In this document: positions 14,317-24,203 of the stretch, one piece after another
Position numbering within the stretch: position 1 is the first letter of the stretch
How the letters are laid out: each line of letters starts with the position of its first letter
Source: Candidatus Coliplasma caballi
GTDB lineage: Bacteria > Bacillota > Clostridia > Oscillospirales > CAG-382
Assembly: GCA_018065365.1 (NCBI GenBank)
Contig: JAGHTH010000137.1
Span: 1-38,874 of the forward strand
Direction: 5' to 3'
DNA length: 38,874 bases
The notes under the pieces: model-generated
What the model was told of the DNA's origin: nothing
Seen by the model: the letters and a program-made list of their open reading frames with translations, nothing else
Databases searched by the model: none
Program-made: the position numbers and the translations under genes

Positions 14317-14876
14317 TTCTTCTTTTTGACGGAGTAACCGAACGATCCGATGCGCTTACCCAGCGTATAGTACGTTCCGTGTCCGTACGCCATCAGATTG
14401 GCTTTTTCGATCGACATTCTGCCCTTGCCGTCCAGAATCTCTTCGTTGACCGTAACCGCCGTAATATCCGCCAAAAACATGGTATGGCTGCCGAGTTCTT
14501 TCTGCTCGAACACCTTACATTCCAGCGTGATCGGGCATTCCGCAACGGACGGGCAGGAAACCGTTTTCGAGGGCTCTGCGGTCAGGTTGAGTTTTCCGAA
14601 CTTGTCGAACTCTCTCCCGGACTTCACGCCGCAGAAATCGACCAGCTTTGCCATATACGAAGTCGGAAGATTGATACAGAATTCGCCGCTTTTGCTGATC
14701 AGCTCGTGGGAATACCGTTCCGGTCTGACCGAAACGTAGGTGCGCGGCGGGTTGGAACACACGATGCCCGTCCAGGCGACCGTGAACACGTTCTTTTTTT
14801 CGCCGTCGGCACAGGAAACCAGCACCACCGGCACGGGAGACAGGATCGTCCCGCCTTTCCATTGAATCTTTGCCAT
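14313..14876 (-). CDS. flavin reductase family protein (FMN-binding split barrel)
   Basis: MAKIQWKGGTILSPVPVVLVSC...NVFTVAWTG is typical of the flavin reductase-like domain. I chose the ATG at 14876; the longer track ORF would run into the rqcH end. Confidence 0.75.
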   Translation of the reverse strand: MAKIQWKGGTILSPVPVVLVSCADGEKKNVFTVAWTGIVCSNPPRTYVSVRPERYSHELISKSGEFCINLPTSYMAKLVDFCGVKSGREFDKFGKLNLTAEPSKTVSCPSVAECPITLECKVFEQKELGSHTMFLADITAVTVNEEILDGKGRMSIEKANLMAYGHGTYYTLGKRIGSFGYSVKKKK

Positions 14877-14922
14877 ATTGATTACCATGCCTTTCCATGA
14901 TTTCGGGAAGAGGAATAAGCCA

Positions 14923-16656
14923 TTATTCCTTTCCGTTTGCAAAAGGGTCCGCCGCGTCAACGACGGCGCTGTAATAGGTTTCGTAGGTTACAAACCCGGG
15001 CGCGCTGCCGGCGGGCTTGCGCAAATTTTTCACGCGGGTATAATCGACCTCGACGTTGGTACTGCCTTTTTTCTCGCTGTGGAACGCGGCAAGCATCGCC
15101 GCCTCGGTATAATCGCGGTCGGTCGGCTCACGCCCCTCGGTCGTAAGGATCACGTGCGAGCCGTGGAATTTTTTGATATGAAACCAAAGGTCGCGCTTGT
15201 CAGCCGAGCCCGTGAGCGCGTCGTTCTGCAGGTTGTTCCTGCCGACGCGAACGGTCAGTCCGTCGGTGGTCGTGAACGTCAGCGGCTTTGACAGCGGCTC
15301 ACGCTTTTTTTTGCTTCTGCCGGTATCGGCTTCGCCTTTGGAAAAGCCGCTCTCGCGCAACTCCCTGCGGATCTCGTCCAGATCGGTCAATTCGGTCGCG
15401 CGGTCCACCGTATCCAGAATACTCTCGAGGTGGTCGATCCGCGATTCCGTCAGCGCGATCTGTTCCGTCAGCGCTTCCGACGCGCGTTTCATTTTTGCGT
15501 AGCGTTTATAATAGACCTGCGCGTTCTGCGCGGGCGTCATTCTCGGATCCATCGGGATCGAAACGGGCGCACCCGTTTCAAAGTCCTCGACTTCCGCGAC
15601 GGGCATTCCCTGTTTCAACCGGTAAAGGTTTGACATCAGCAGATCGCCGTATGCCCGGAACTGTTCGCGCTTGGCGCAATCTTCGAGTTCCTGCTTCTGT
15701 AAAAGGACTTTCTTTTCCTCGCGCGACAGCACCGAATGCACGGTGCGCAGAATATCCGCCGCGTAAGACCGCAGGTTGACCGCTTCCTCTTTCTGCGCGA
15801 AATAGGACAGCAGCAGTTCCGAGAGCGTTCCGAACTTCCGACATTCCAAACCCGTGTACTGCGTCAGCGGCAGAAACGCGTACTCAACGCCTTTCCCCTC
15901 GCGGTACACCGCGCTCGGCTCGTACCGATGCGTTCTTACGCGTTCCAGCACCGCTTCCAGCGCGCCGTACAGCGCTTCCGTATCCGTTTCTCCCACGGTA
16001 ACGTCCGTTCTTCCCGCCGCCGCAAACGCGATCTCTCGCGCCAGAGTCGGCGAAAACGAAAAGAACTTCTGCACCAGGAATTTCTCGACCGGCTGCTCGG
16101 TATTCACGGCGCAAAGGGCGAGGAAATCGCTCTCCGTGATCTGCGAAGCGTCGAACTTGTTCTGCTTCGGCGGCAGTTCGTAAGGCATTCCGGGCATGAC
16201 CTGCCGTACCGAAGCGGTCAAATCCGCCGTAGAGGTCGCGCGGACGATCCTCCCGTCCTCATTTACAAGGATCAGGTTGGAATATTTTCCCATCATTTCG
16301 GCGTACAGCCGCTTTTTTCGCAAAAAGCCAAGCTCGTCGGCGCTCTCGAACGAAAAGCACAGGATGCGTTCGTGTTCCACGCACTCCACCCCGGTCAGCC
16401 GTCCGTTCTGCAAATGCTTCCGCAACAGCATACAAAGCGAGGTCGGCTCTTTCGGTTTGGCGATCTCCTCGGTCGTGATCGCCGTTACGGGTCTTGCCGC
16501 CGACACCGAAAGGATCAGATTCGCGTGTTTCCCCTCGCGGTACTGGCACAAATAGACACAGGACGGCGCACTTTGATGGATCTTCTCCACCTTCGCACCC
16601 GTCCACGCGTTCAGTTCATTTGCGACAGCAACACAAAAATATCCGTCAAATGCCAT
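14923..16656 (-). CDS. rqcH: ribosome quality control protein RqcH (NFACT / FbpA family)
   Basis: 577 aa. It has an NFACT-N domain, a coiled coil, and an NFACT-R domain with DLWFHIKKFHGSHVIL. Confidence 0.9.
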   Translation of the reverse strand: MAFDGYFCVAVANELNAWTGAKVEKIHQSAPSCVYLCQYREGKHANLILSVSAARPVTAITTEEIAKPKEPTSLCMLLRKHLQNGRLTGVECVEHERILCFSFESADELGFLRKKRLYAEMMGKYSNLILVNEDGRIVRATSTADLTASVRQVMPGMPYELPPKQNKFDASQITESDFLALCAVNTEQPVEKFLVQKFFSFSPTLAREIAFAAAGRTDVTVGETDTEALYGALEAVLERVRTHRYEPSAVYREGKGVEYAFLPLTQYTGLECRKFGTLSELLLSYFAQKEEAVNLRSYAADILRTVHSVLSREEKKVLLQKQELEDCAKREQFRAYGDLLMSNLYRLKQGMPVAEVEDFETGAPVSIPMDPRMTPAQNAQVYYKRYAKMKRASEALTEQIALTESRIDHLESILDTVDRATELTDLDEIRRELRESGFSKGEADTGRSKKKREPLSKPLTFTTTDGLTVRVGRNNLQNDALTGSADKRDLWFHIKKFHGSHVILTTEGREPTDRDYTEAAMLAAFHSEKKGSTNVEVDYTRVKNLRKPAGSAPGFVTYETYYSAVVDAADPFANGKE

Positions 16657-17398
16657 ATTCTTCCGCTTCCGTAAAATCGTGGATCACGGTTTCGATCCCC
16701 ATTTCGCCGATCTTTTCCGCCAGAAACGGCAGAACGACGCGTTCGGTCGCGTGGTGCGACGCACAGATCAGATTGATCCCGTATTCCTTGCAGGCAATTT
16801 TGTTTTCGTGCTTCACTTCCCCGGTCAGATAGGTGTCCGCGCCGGCACGCACCGCCGCTTCGATCCCGTCTTTTCCGCTGCCGGACATGATCGCGACACG
16901 GCAAACACGCTCGCGCGAGCGAACGCACTCCGTCGTTTCCACGCGTAACCCTTCCCGGACGCGCGCAAGGAACGTTTCAAACGGCTGTTCTTCCACGTCG
17001 CCGATCCGCGCATACGGCAAAAACGCCTCGGTATTCTTCAGCCCGATCGCCGCGGCAAGACAATCGTTCACGCCTCCCGGCATACTGTCCAGCCGCGTAT
17101 GATACGAAAAGACCGCGATGCCGTTTTTCACGCAGGAAAGCACCCGCTTTGCGACGGGATCTTCCTCCGTCAGCGACGACAGCGGGTCAAAGATCAGCGG
17201 GTGGTGCGTTACAATGACGTTACAACCCGCCGCTTTCGCTTTTTCGATCGCAACGGACGTACAGTCCAGCGCGACCAGCACTTTTTTGACCGGTAAATCT
17301 CCGTCGGGAAGGACCATTACGCCGTCGCGGTCCCAACTTTCGGAGAATGCCGCGGGGACGGATTGCTCCATCGCCGCGGCAAATTCTTTGACATTCAT
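16646..17398 (-). CDS. Nif3-like dinuclear metal centre protein
   Basis: 250 aa with VIVTHHPLIF and C-terminal ICASHHATE motifs typical of NIF3/YqfO. It overlaps rqcH by 11 nt and has an ATGA overlap with the transketolase gene. Confidence 0.85.
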   Translation of the reverse strand: MNVKEFAAAMEQSVPAAFSESWDRDGVMVLPDGDLPVKKVLVALDCTSVAIEKAKAAGCNVIVTHHPLIFDPLSSLTEEDPVAKRVLSCVKNGIAVFSYHTRLDSMPGGVNDCLAAAIGLKNTEAFLPYARIGDVEEQPFETFLARVREGLRVETTECVRSRERVCRVAIMSGSGKDGIEAAVRAGADTYLTGEVKHENKIACKEYGINLICASHHATERVVLPFLAEKIGEMGIETVIHDFTEAEEYGI

Positions 17399-18330
17399 CT
17401 TCCCAAAAGGGCTTTCGTCTTTGCGACGATCCCCTGCGCGTTCAACCCGAAATGCTCGAGCAGCACTTCCGCGGAAGCGGAAGTTCCGAACACGTCTTCA
17501 ATGCCGACGCGTGCCATCTTCGTAGGAACGGTTTCCGCCAGCACTTCCGCCACGGCGCTTCCCAGACCGCCGACGATCGTATGTTCCTCCGCCGTAACGA
17601 CGGCACCCGTTTTCGCGGCGTATGCCGTAACGAGTTCACGGTCGATCGGTTTAACGGTATGGATATCAATGACCGCGGCGTCGATGCCGTCCGCTTTCAG
17701 CAGTTCGCGCGCTTCCAACGCGGCGGCAATCATGATGCCGGTCGCAAAAATCGCCACGTCCTTGCCGTCTGCCAGCACGTTGCCTTTGCCGAGCGTAACG
17801 TCCTAGGTTGCCGGATCGAACACCACCGGAACGGCAAACCGTCCCAAACGGCAATAGACCGGGCCGTCGTATTTCAGAATTGCTTCGATCGCCGCCTCGG
17901 TTTCGGTCGCGTCGGCGGGATTGACCACGACCATGTTCGGCGTGGCTCTCATGACCGCCATGTCCTCACAGTACTGATGCGTCGGGCCGTCTTCCCCGAC
18001 GGTAATGCCGGCGTGCGAAGCGCAGATCTTGACGTTCAGACGGGGGTATGCGACGGAATTGCGGATCTGCTCATACGCGCGTCCGCAGGCGAACATCGCA
18101 AAGCTCGAACAGAACACCGGAACGCCCGTCGAAGCAATGCCCGCGGCGGTCGAGATCATATTTGCCTCGGCAATGCCGCAGTTGATGAACCGTTCCGGGA
18201 ACTTCTTCGCAAACACGCCGGTCTGCGTGGATCCGGAAAGGTCGGCGTCCATGACGTAGAAAGGATATTTTTCTCCGAGTGCCGCCAGCGTTTTACCGTA
18301 CGCGGCTCTGGTCGCGATTCTGTCAGCCAT
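17395..18330 (-). pseudogene. transketolase C-terminal subunit (pyrimidine-binding plus C-terminal domains) interrupted by an in-frame TAG at 17803-17805
   Basis: The two track ORFs (17803-18330 and 17395-17778) are in the same frame. The junction reads ...RLGRFAVPVVFDPAT*DVTLGKGNVLADGKDVAIFATG.... From recall of homologues, an aromatic residue (Tyr, TAY) usually occupies the stop position. Confidence 0.8.
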
Positions 18331-19189
18331 TGCAGAGTTCCTCCTTTGCCTTTTCGTAAGCGGCGCGCAGTTCGTGCATCGCGATCTCGTACTCGGCGTC
18401 CTTGGGTGCCTTTCCGTGCCAGCCCGCCTGGTTTTCCATGTAAGAAACGCCTTTGCCTTTGACGGTCGTACAGACGATCACGGAGGGGCGCTCGTCTTTT
18501 TCCGCGTTTGCGACCGCCTGCGCGATCGCGTCGAAATCGTGTCCGTCGATGACCTGCGTATGCCAGCCGAACGCCTCAAACTTTTTGTCGATCGGCGTAG
18601 GATTCATGATGTCGCGCACATCGCCGTCGATCTGCAGGTGGTTGAAATCCACGAACGCGGTCAGGTTGCCGAGTTTGTAATGTGCAGCGAACATTGCCGC
18701 TTCCCAGACCTGTCCTTCCTGGATCTCGCCGTCGCCGAGGATGGCATAGACGTGATAGTTCTTTCCGGCGCGTTTGCCCGCCAGCGCCATGCCGTTCGCG
18801 GCGGAAATTCCCTGCCCGAGCGAGCCGGTGGACATATCAATGCCCGGAACGTGTTTCATATCGGGGTGGCCCGAAAGGTAACTGCCGAGGTGGCGCAGCG
18901 TTTTCAGATCTTCCTCGGGGAAATACCCTTTGATCGCGAGCGCCGAGTAGAGCGCCGGGCAGCAATGCCCTTTCGACAGCACGAAACGGTCGCGGTCGGG
19001 ATCCGTCGGATTTTTCGGGTCCACGTTCATTTTTTCAAAATAAAGGTACGCGAGAATGTCCGCAATGGATAAAGAGCCGCCGGGATGTCCCGATTTTGCG
19101 TGGTAAACGGCATCGACTGCCAGCATTCTGATTTTTGCCGCCTTTTCGGCAAGCAACGCGGGGTTTTTGGGTTTGTTTTCGTTTTGCAT
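18323..19189 (-). CDS. transketolase N-terminal (TPP-binding) subunit
   Basis: AVDAVYHAKSGHPGGSLSIADILAYLYF...DRFVLSKGHCCPALY and GDGEIQEGQVWEA are the transketolase TPP motifs. I prefer the ATG at 19189 to the GTG at 19198 because of SD spacing. Confidence 0.9.
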   Translation of the reverse strand: MQNENKPKNPALLAEKAAKIRMLAVDAVYHAKSGHPGGSLSIADILAYLYFEKMNVDPKNPTDPDRDRFVLSKGHCCPALYSALAIKGYFPEEDLKTLRHLGSYLSGHPDMKHVPGIDMSTGSLGQGISAANGMALAGKRAGKNYHVYAILGDGEIQEGQVWEAAMFAAHYKLGNLTAFVDFNHLQIDGDVRDIMNPTPIDKKFEAFGWHTQVIDGHDFDAIAQAVANAEKDERPSVIVCTTVKGKGVSYMENQAGWHGKAPKDAEYEIAMHELRAAYEKAKEELCNG

Positions 19190-19211
19190 ACGAAACACGA
19201 CCTTTCTTTAT

Positions 19212-20171
19212 TTATTCTCCTCTGATCCCGATTTTTTTGAGCGTATCCGTCAAAAACCGCGGTCGATCCGCCTCAAAGGCCAAGACCTCGCCGGTCACGG
19301 GATGAGTGAACGAAATGTATTTCGCGAACAGGCATTGCCCTTGTAAACCGAGCTTGTGCCGTTCGCTTCCGTAAACGGGATCGCCCGCAACGGGGTGCCC
19401 GATATACGCCATGTGAACGCGGATCTGATGCGTGCGGCCGGTCTCCAACGTCAGTTCGAGGTGGGAATACCCGCCGTCCGAAGATTCGCCAAGCACACGA
19501 TACCGTGTGCGCGCGGGTTTGGAATTCGTGCTTGTAACCGCCATTTTCTTGCGGTCGGTCTGATGTCTTCCGATCGGTGCGTCCACGATGCCCTCGGGCT
19601 CTTTGAAATGCCCGACGCACACTGCCTCGTACTTTCGCACGAAGCTGTGCACCGCGATCTGCGACGCGAGTCCCGCGTGCGCCTCGTCGGTCTTTGCCAC
19701 GATCAGAAGCCCCGCCGTATCTTTGTCGATGCGATGCACGATGCCGGGGCGGATCTTTCCATTGATCGAGGAAAGCCGTCCTTTGCAATGGAACAGCAGC
19801 GCATTGACCAGCGTCCCGTCGGGATTGCCCGGCGCGGGATGCACCACCATGCCCTGCGGCTTGTTGACCACCAGAAGATGATCGTCCTCATAGACGATCT
19901 CGATCGGAAGATCCTGCGGCAGCGCCTCGATTTCCTCGGGATCCGGAAGCTGATACGTCAGCAGGTCGCCCGCGGCGGCAAGGTCTTTTTTCTTTGCCGG
20001 TTTGCCGTTCAACAGCACCTCGCCGTCGGCGATCAGCTGCTGCGCACGGGCGCGGCTGATCCCGGCGCATTCGGAAAGCAGAACGTCCAAACGTCTGCCG
20101 GCAAGTTCCTCACTGACCGTCAGCGTTTCCGGTTCCGTCTGTTCCGTCATGTTCGGCGTCTGTTCCGTCAT
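19212..20171 (-). CDS. rluD: RluA-family 23S rRNA pseudouridine synthase (RluD-like)
   Basis: An S4 domain (LDVLLSECAGISRARAQQLI) followed by the catalytic HRIDKDTAGLL. I chose the ATG at 20171 (SD GAGGAAAG 6 nt upstream). It overlaps the 3' end of lspA. Confidence 0.85.
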   Translation of the reverse strand: MTEQTPNMTEQTEPETLTVSEELAGRRLDVLLSECAGISRARAQQLIADGEVLLNGKPAKKKDLAAAGDLLTYQLPDPEEIEALPQDLPIEIVYEDDHLLVVNKPQGMVVHPAPGNPDGTLVNALLFHCKGRLSSINGKIRPGIVHRIDKDTAGLLIVAKTDEAHAGLASQIAVHSFVRKYEAVCVGHFKEPEGIVDAPIGRHQTDRKKMAVTSTNSKPARTRYRVLGESSDGGYSHLELTLETGRTHQIRVHMAYIGHPVAGDPVYGSERHKLGLQGQCLFAKYISFTHPVTGEVLAFEADRPRFLTDTLKKIGIRGE

Positions 20172-20658
20172 CGCTTTCCTCACTTGCGTTTGCTTTTTGT
20201 TTCGGCTCCGCTTTCGCTTCAAACAAGAGGATATACACCGCCAGCAGAACCGATCCGCAGGTTACAAAGATATCCGCCACGTTGAACACGGCGAAATTCA
20301 TAAACTGAAAGTCGATGAAATCCACAACGTATCCGTTTGCAACGCGGTCGATCATGTTGCCGATCCCGCCGCCGAGGATCATCGCCAGCGAGGCGGTCAG
20401 CAGCGGGTGTCTGCGGTACCATTTGACAAGGATGACCGCGATCGCCGCCATTGCGATCCCGGAGAACACCATGAACACCCAGCGGTGATCGGCGAACAAG
20501 CTGAACGCCGCGCCCGTGTTCTCGGTGCGGTAAAACCGGATGAATCCCGGCAGAAACGGCACTTCCTCGTGCAGTTTCATCGAAGAAACCACGATCAATT
20601 TGGTGATCTGGTCGAGCGCGACCGATCCCAGCACGATCGAAAACAGTAAAATCAGCAT
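20110..20658 (-). CDS. lspA: lipoprotein signal peptidase II
   Basis: 182 aa with NTGAAFS and GGIGNMIDR...VVDFIDF...FNVADI motifs. It carries an acidic C-terminal tail that overlaps rluD. Confidence 0.9.
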   Translation of the reverse strand: MLILLFSIVLGSVALDQITKLIVVSSMKLHEEVPFLPGFIRFYRTENTGAAFSLFADHRWVFMVFSGIAMAAIAVILVKWYRRHPLLTASLAMILGGGIGNMIDRVANGYVVDFIDFQFMNFAVFNVADIFVTCGSVLLAVYILLFEAKAEPKQKANASEESDDGTDAEHDGTDGTGNADGQ

Positions 20659-23459
20659 AATGCCTTCTTACAGCGCGGGCAGAGCCAGCCGTCCTCACCG
20701 TCGGACACGCAATCCGGGCGGAACACCCAGCAGCGTCCGCACTTATTGCCTTCCGCAAGTTCGACCAGCACGCCGACACCGCTCTGCGTTTCGGTAAACG
20801 CGCCCGCAGGCACTTCCCCATTCGACAGAACGACTTTGCTGACGATAAAGATCTCCTCAAGTTCGTCGCGATGCGCGTCGAACAGTTTCATTGCCTCGTT
20901 GTCGGCGGCGCCGAACACGGTTACCTTCGCTTCCAGCGATTTGCCGATCGCCTTGTCGGCGCGGGCAAGTTCCAGCGCTTTCATCACGTCGTCGCGGTAA
21001 TCGAACAGTCCGTTGTATTTCGCCTCGACCTCCGGGAAGTTCATATCCTCACGGTACGCGGGCATTTGGTTGCAGAACACCGAGGTCGCGTTGTCCTCGT
21101 CGGTCAGACTCATAAAGTTCCAGAGTTCTTCCGCCGTGTAAGACAGGATCGGCGCGAGCAGTTTGGTCAGCGATTTGATGATGACGTACATCGCGGTCTG
21201 CGCGCTTCTGCGGTCTTTGTCGTCCTTCTTGCTGCAATACAGACGGTCTTTCGTGATGTCGATATACAGTTTGGAAAGATCGACCGAGCAGAAGTTCAGC
21301 ACGTCGTGGCAGATCGTATGGAACTCGTATCTGTCGTACGCGTCGCGGATATCCTTTACCAACCCGTTCAGGCGGGACAGGATCCATTTGTCAATATCCG
21401 GCATTTCGGAGAACGGCACCTGATCTTTTCTCGGATCAAAGTCGGTTTCCGGCGTGCCGAGATCGGCAAGCAGGATGCGGCAGGTGTTACGGATCTTACG
21501 GTAGTTATCGGAAAGCTGTTTGAAGATCGCGTCGGAGCAGCGTACGTCCACGCGGTAATCCGCGGAAGCCGCCCACAGACGCAGAATGTCCGCGCCGTAC
21601 ACCTTGATGATGTCGGCGGGATCCACGCCGTTGCCGAGCGATTTGTGCATCGCTTTGCCCTCTCCGTCCACGGTCCAGCCGTGCGTCAGCACCGCCTTAT
21701 AAGGCGCGTGTCCGACACCGGAGCCGATGGCGGTCAGCAGCGAAGACTGGAACCAGCCGCGATACTGGTCGCCGCCCTCGAGGTACAGATCGGAAGGACG
21801 TTCCATGCCCTCTCTGCCGTCGAGTACGTCGAAATGCGTCGAGCCGGAATCGAACCAGCCGTCCAGCGTATCCGTTTCTTTTTCAAAATTCGCTTTGCCG
21901 CACTTCGGGCAAACGTAGCCCTCGGGCAGCAGGTCTTTCGCTTCTTTCTCAAACCAGACGTTCGAGCCGTATTCTCCGAACAGTTCGGAAACGCGGCCGA
22001 TCGTTTTTTCGTCGCAGACAATCTTTCCGCAATCCTTGCAGTAGAACACCGGGATCGGAAGTCCCCAATGGCGCTGACGGGAAATACACCAATCGGCGCG
22101 TTCGGAGATCATGTCTGCCATACGGTCTTTGCCCCACGCGGGCATCCAGGTTACTTCTTCGCAGGCCTTGATCGCCTCGTCCTTGAACGATTTGACCGAG
22201 CAGAACCACTGCGGAGCGGCTCTGTAAATGATCGGTTTCTTACATCTCCAGCAATGCGGATACGGGTGGATGATCTCTTTGGAAGCCAGCAGCGCGCCGC
22301 TTTCTTTGAGGTCCGCGAGGATCGCGCCGTTCGACTCGTCGAAACGCAGTCCGGCAAACTTGCCCGCCGCTTCGCCCTGGTAGCCCTTATCGTCCACGGG
22401 AACGAGGATCTCCAAGCCGTAGTTGACGCCGGTTACAAAGTCTTCCGCGCCGTAGCCGGGAGCGGTATGCACGCAGCCGGTACCGCTGTCCATCGTAACG
22501 TACTCGGCAACGCACAGCAAACTCGTGCGGTCGAGGAACGGATGCTGCGCCGTCATATATTCGAAATCGCTTCCGACGTACCCGGTCTTCACGACCTCGT
22601 AATCGGCGATGCCGGCAGTCGCCATCGTGTCTTTGACCAACGCGTCCGCCATAATGTAATATTCGGTGCCGACCTTGACGACGCAGTACGCCTCTCTCGG
22701 ATGCACCGCGATCGCGACGTTGCCCGGCAGCGTCCAGGGCGTCGTCGTCCAGATCACGAAATAGGTGTTTTTCAGATCAAATTCGCCCGACAGTTTGCCC
22801 TTGTCGTCTGCCACGCGGAATTTGACGTAAATGGATGTACAGGGCGAATCCTGGTACTCGATCTCGGCTTCCGCGAGCGCGGTTTCGTCGTGTGCGCACC
22901 AATAGACCGGCTTCATGCCTTTGTAGATATAGCCCTTTTCAAACATCTTCCCGAAGACCTTGACCTCTCTCGCTTCAAACGAGGGATTCATGGTCAGGTA
23001 CGGCTCTTTCCAATCGCCGACCACGCCGAGACGTTCAAAAGACGCCATCTGAATGCCCACGAACTTTTCCGCAAATGCTTTGCAGGCGCTGCGGAACTCC
23101 GGCACGGACATCTTTTTGCGGTCGAGCTTGGACTGCTTGATGATCGCGCTTTCGATCGGCATTCCGTGGTTATCCCAGCCGGGAACGTAAGGCGTACGGA
23201 AGCCCGCCATGGATTTGGATTTGTTGATGAAATCCTTTAACACCTTGTTCATGGCGGTGCCCATGTGGATATTGCCGTTGGAGAAAGGAGGGCCGTCGTG
23301 CAGAATAAAGTTCGGATGTCCCTCGTTGGTCTCTAACATTTTATGGTAAAGATCGATCTCGTCCCACTTCGCCTTGATCTCCGGCTCCCGTGCGGGAAGA
23401 TTGCCGCGCATCGGAAATTCCGTGGCGGGCAGATTCAGTGTGTCTTTGTAATCTTTCAT
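20652..23459 (-). CDS. ileS: isoleucine--tRNA ligase
   Basis: 935 aa with a HIGH-type motif (PPFSNGNIHMGTA), KMSKS-type KMHKSLGN, and a C-terminal zinc-binding CxxC pair. Confidence 0.97.
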   Translation of the reverse strand: MKDYKDTLNLPATEFPMRGNLPAREPEIKAKWDEIDLYHKMLETNEGHPNFILHDGPPFSNGNIHMGTAMNKVLKDFINKSKSMAGFRTPYVPGWDNHGMPIESAIIKQSKLDRKKMSVPEFRSACKAFAEKFVGIQMASFERLGVVGDWKEPYLTMNPSFEAREVKVFGKMFEKGYIYKGMKPVYWCAHDETALAEAEIEYQDSPCTSIYVKFRVADDKGKLSGEFDLKNTYFVIWTTTPWTLPGNVAIAVHPREAYCVVKVGTEYYIMADALVKDTMATAGIADYEVVKTGYVGSDFEYMTAQHPFLDRTSLLCVAEYVTMDSGTGCVHTAPGYGAEDFVTGVNYGLEILVPVDDKGYQGEAAGKFAGLRFDESNGAILADLKESGALLASKEIIHPYPHCWRCKKPIIYRAAPQWFCSVKSFKDEAIKACEEVTWMPAWGKDRMADMISERADWCISRQRHWGLPIPVFYCKDCGKIVCDEKTIGRVSELFGEYGSNVWFEKEAKDLLPEGYVCPKCGKANFEKETDTLDGWFDSGSTHFDVLDGREGMERPSDLYLEGGDQYRGWFQSSLLTAIGSGVGHAPYKAVLTHGWTVDGEGKAMHKSLGNGVDPADIIKVYGADILRLWAASADYRVDVRCSDAIFKQLSDNYRKIRNTCRILLADLGTPETDFDPRKDQVPFSEMPDIDKWILSRLNGLVKDIRDAYDRYEFHTICHDVLNFCSVDLSKLYIDITKDRLYCSKKDDKDRRSAQTAMYVIIKSLTKLLAPILSYTAEELWNFMSLTDEDNATSVFCNQMPAYREDMNFPEVEAKYNGLFDYRDDVMKALELARADKAIGKSLEAKVTVFGAADNEAMKLFDAHRDELEEIFIVSKVVLSNGEVPAGAFTETQSGVGVLVELAEGNKCGRCWVFRPDCVSDGEDGWLCPRCKKALC

Positions 23460-23483
23460 GATCGTTTCAGAAAAACCTTTCCT

Positions 23484-24203
23484 TTATTCTTCGGCGTCCG
23501 CGTTTTCGGACTCGCCGTTCTGCGCGCCTTTGACGTTCTCGTTGCCTTCCAGCATATAGCGCAGGTATTCGTCTTCCGCTTCCGCGGCTTCGCCCGTCAG
23601 TTCCGGCGCGTCTTCCGCGGAAAAATGCAAGCCGACCGGACGGATCTCCAGCCCGTCGTCCTCGTCGTCGTGCGTTCCGTCCTCGATCCCCTGCTTCACG
23701 TCCTTGAAGATCTGCGTTACGACCGCATCCTCGTTGGGAAGCACGATCTCGTCGATCTCGTTGACGGAAGCGTCCTTGATCGCCTGCAAATGATCGCGGT
23801 ACTGATCAAAAAGCTGCTTCTTGAAATCGACGATGCGGGTGCGAAGTTCCCACATTTCCTCTTTTTCCGCCCGAAGCTGTTCCTTGAATTCCGCGATGAC
23901 CGCGTCGCAGCGGTCTTTGACCGCGCCCGTGATCACATCCGCCTTTTCGTTGGCGTCGGCAATGATGTTCTGCGCCATTTTCTGCGCGGAGATCAGCGTG
24001 CTGCGGATGGATTCTTCCTCGTCCTTGATCTCGTCGAGATTGGTTACGACGACGCGGAGTTTATGATCCAGCTCGTTATTCTCTTTGTACGCTTCCGCAT
24101 ACTTGTCCAGCAGAAACGCGATGTATTCGTCCACTTCGGCGGGGTTATACCCTTTTAACGTTTTGGTAAACGATTTGTTTTTCAACTCGTGGGGTGCAAG
24201 CAT
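23484..24203 (-). CDS. divIVA: DivIVA domain-containing cell-division protein
   Basis: MLAPHELKNKSFTKTLKGYNPAEVDEYIAFL is the DivIVA N-terminal signature, followed by coiled coil. I chose the ATG at 24203 (SD GAAAGGAA). Confidence 0.85.
   Translation of the reverse strand: MLAPHELKNKSFTKTLKGYNPAEVDEYIAFLLDKYAEAYKENNELDHKLRVVVTNLDEIKDEEESIRSTLISAQKMAQNIIADANEKADVITGAVKDRCDAVIAEFKEQLRAEKEEMWELRTRIVDFKKQLFDQYRDHLQAIKDASVNEIDEIVLPNEDAVVTQIFKDVKQGIEDGTHDDEDDGLEIRPVGLHFSAEDAPELTGEAAEAEDEYLRYMLEGNENVKGAQNGESENADAEE

Noticed and set aside
17803-17805. The in-frame TAG in the transketolase subunit as pyrrolysine or programmed read-through.
   Set aside because: No pyl genes or PYLIS-like context are visible in the window. 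TAG terminates the 25781-27055 gene normally. The expected residue is Tyr, one substitution away, so a mutation or sequencing error is simpler.
23460-23483. Searched for a T-box riboswitch upstream of ileS.
   Set aside because: Only 24 nt separate it from the preceding gene, so no specifier or antiterminator structure is possible.
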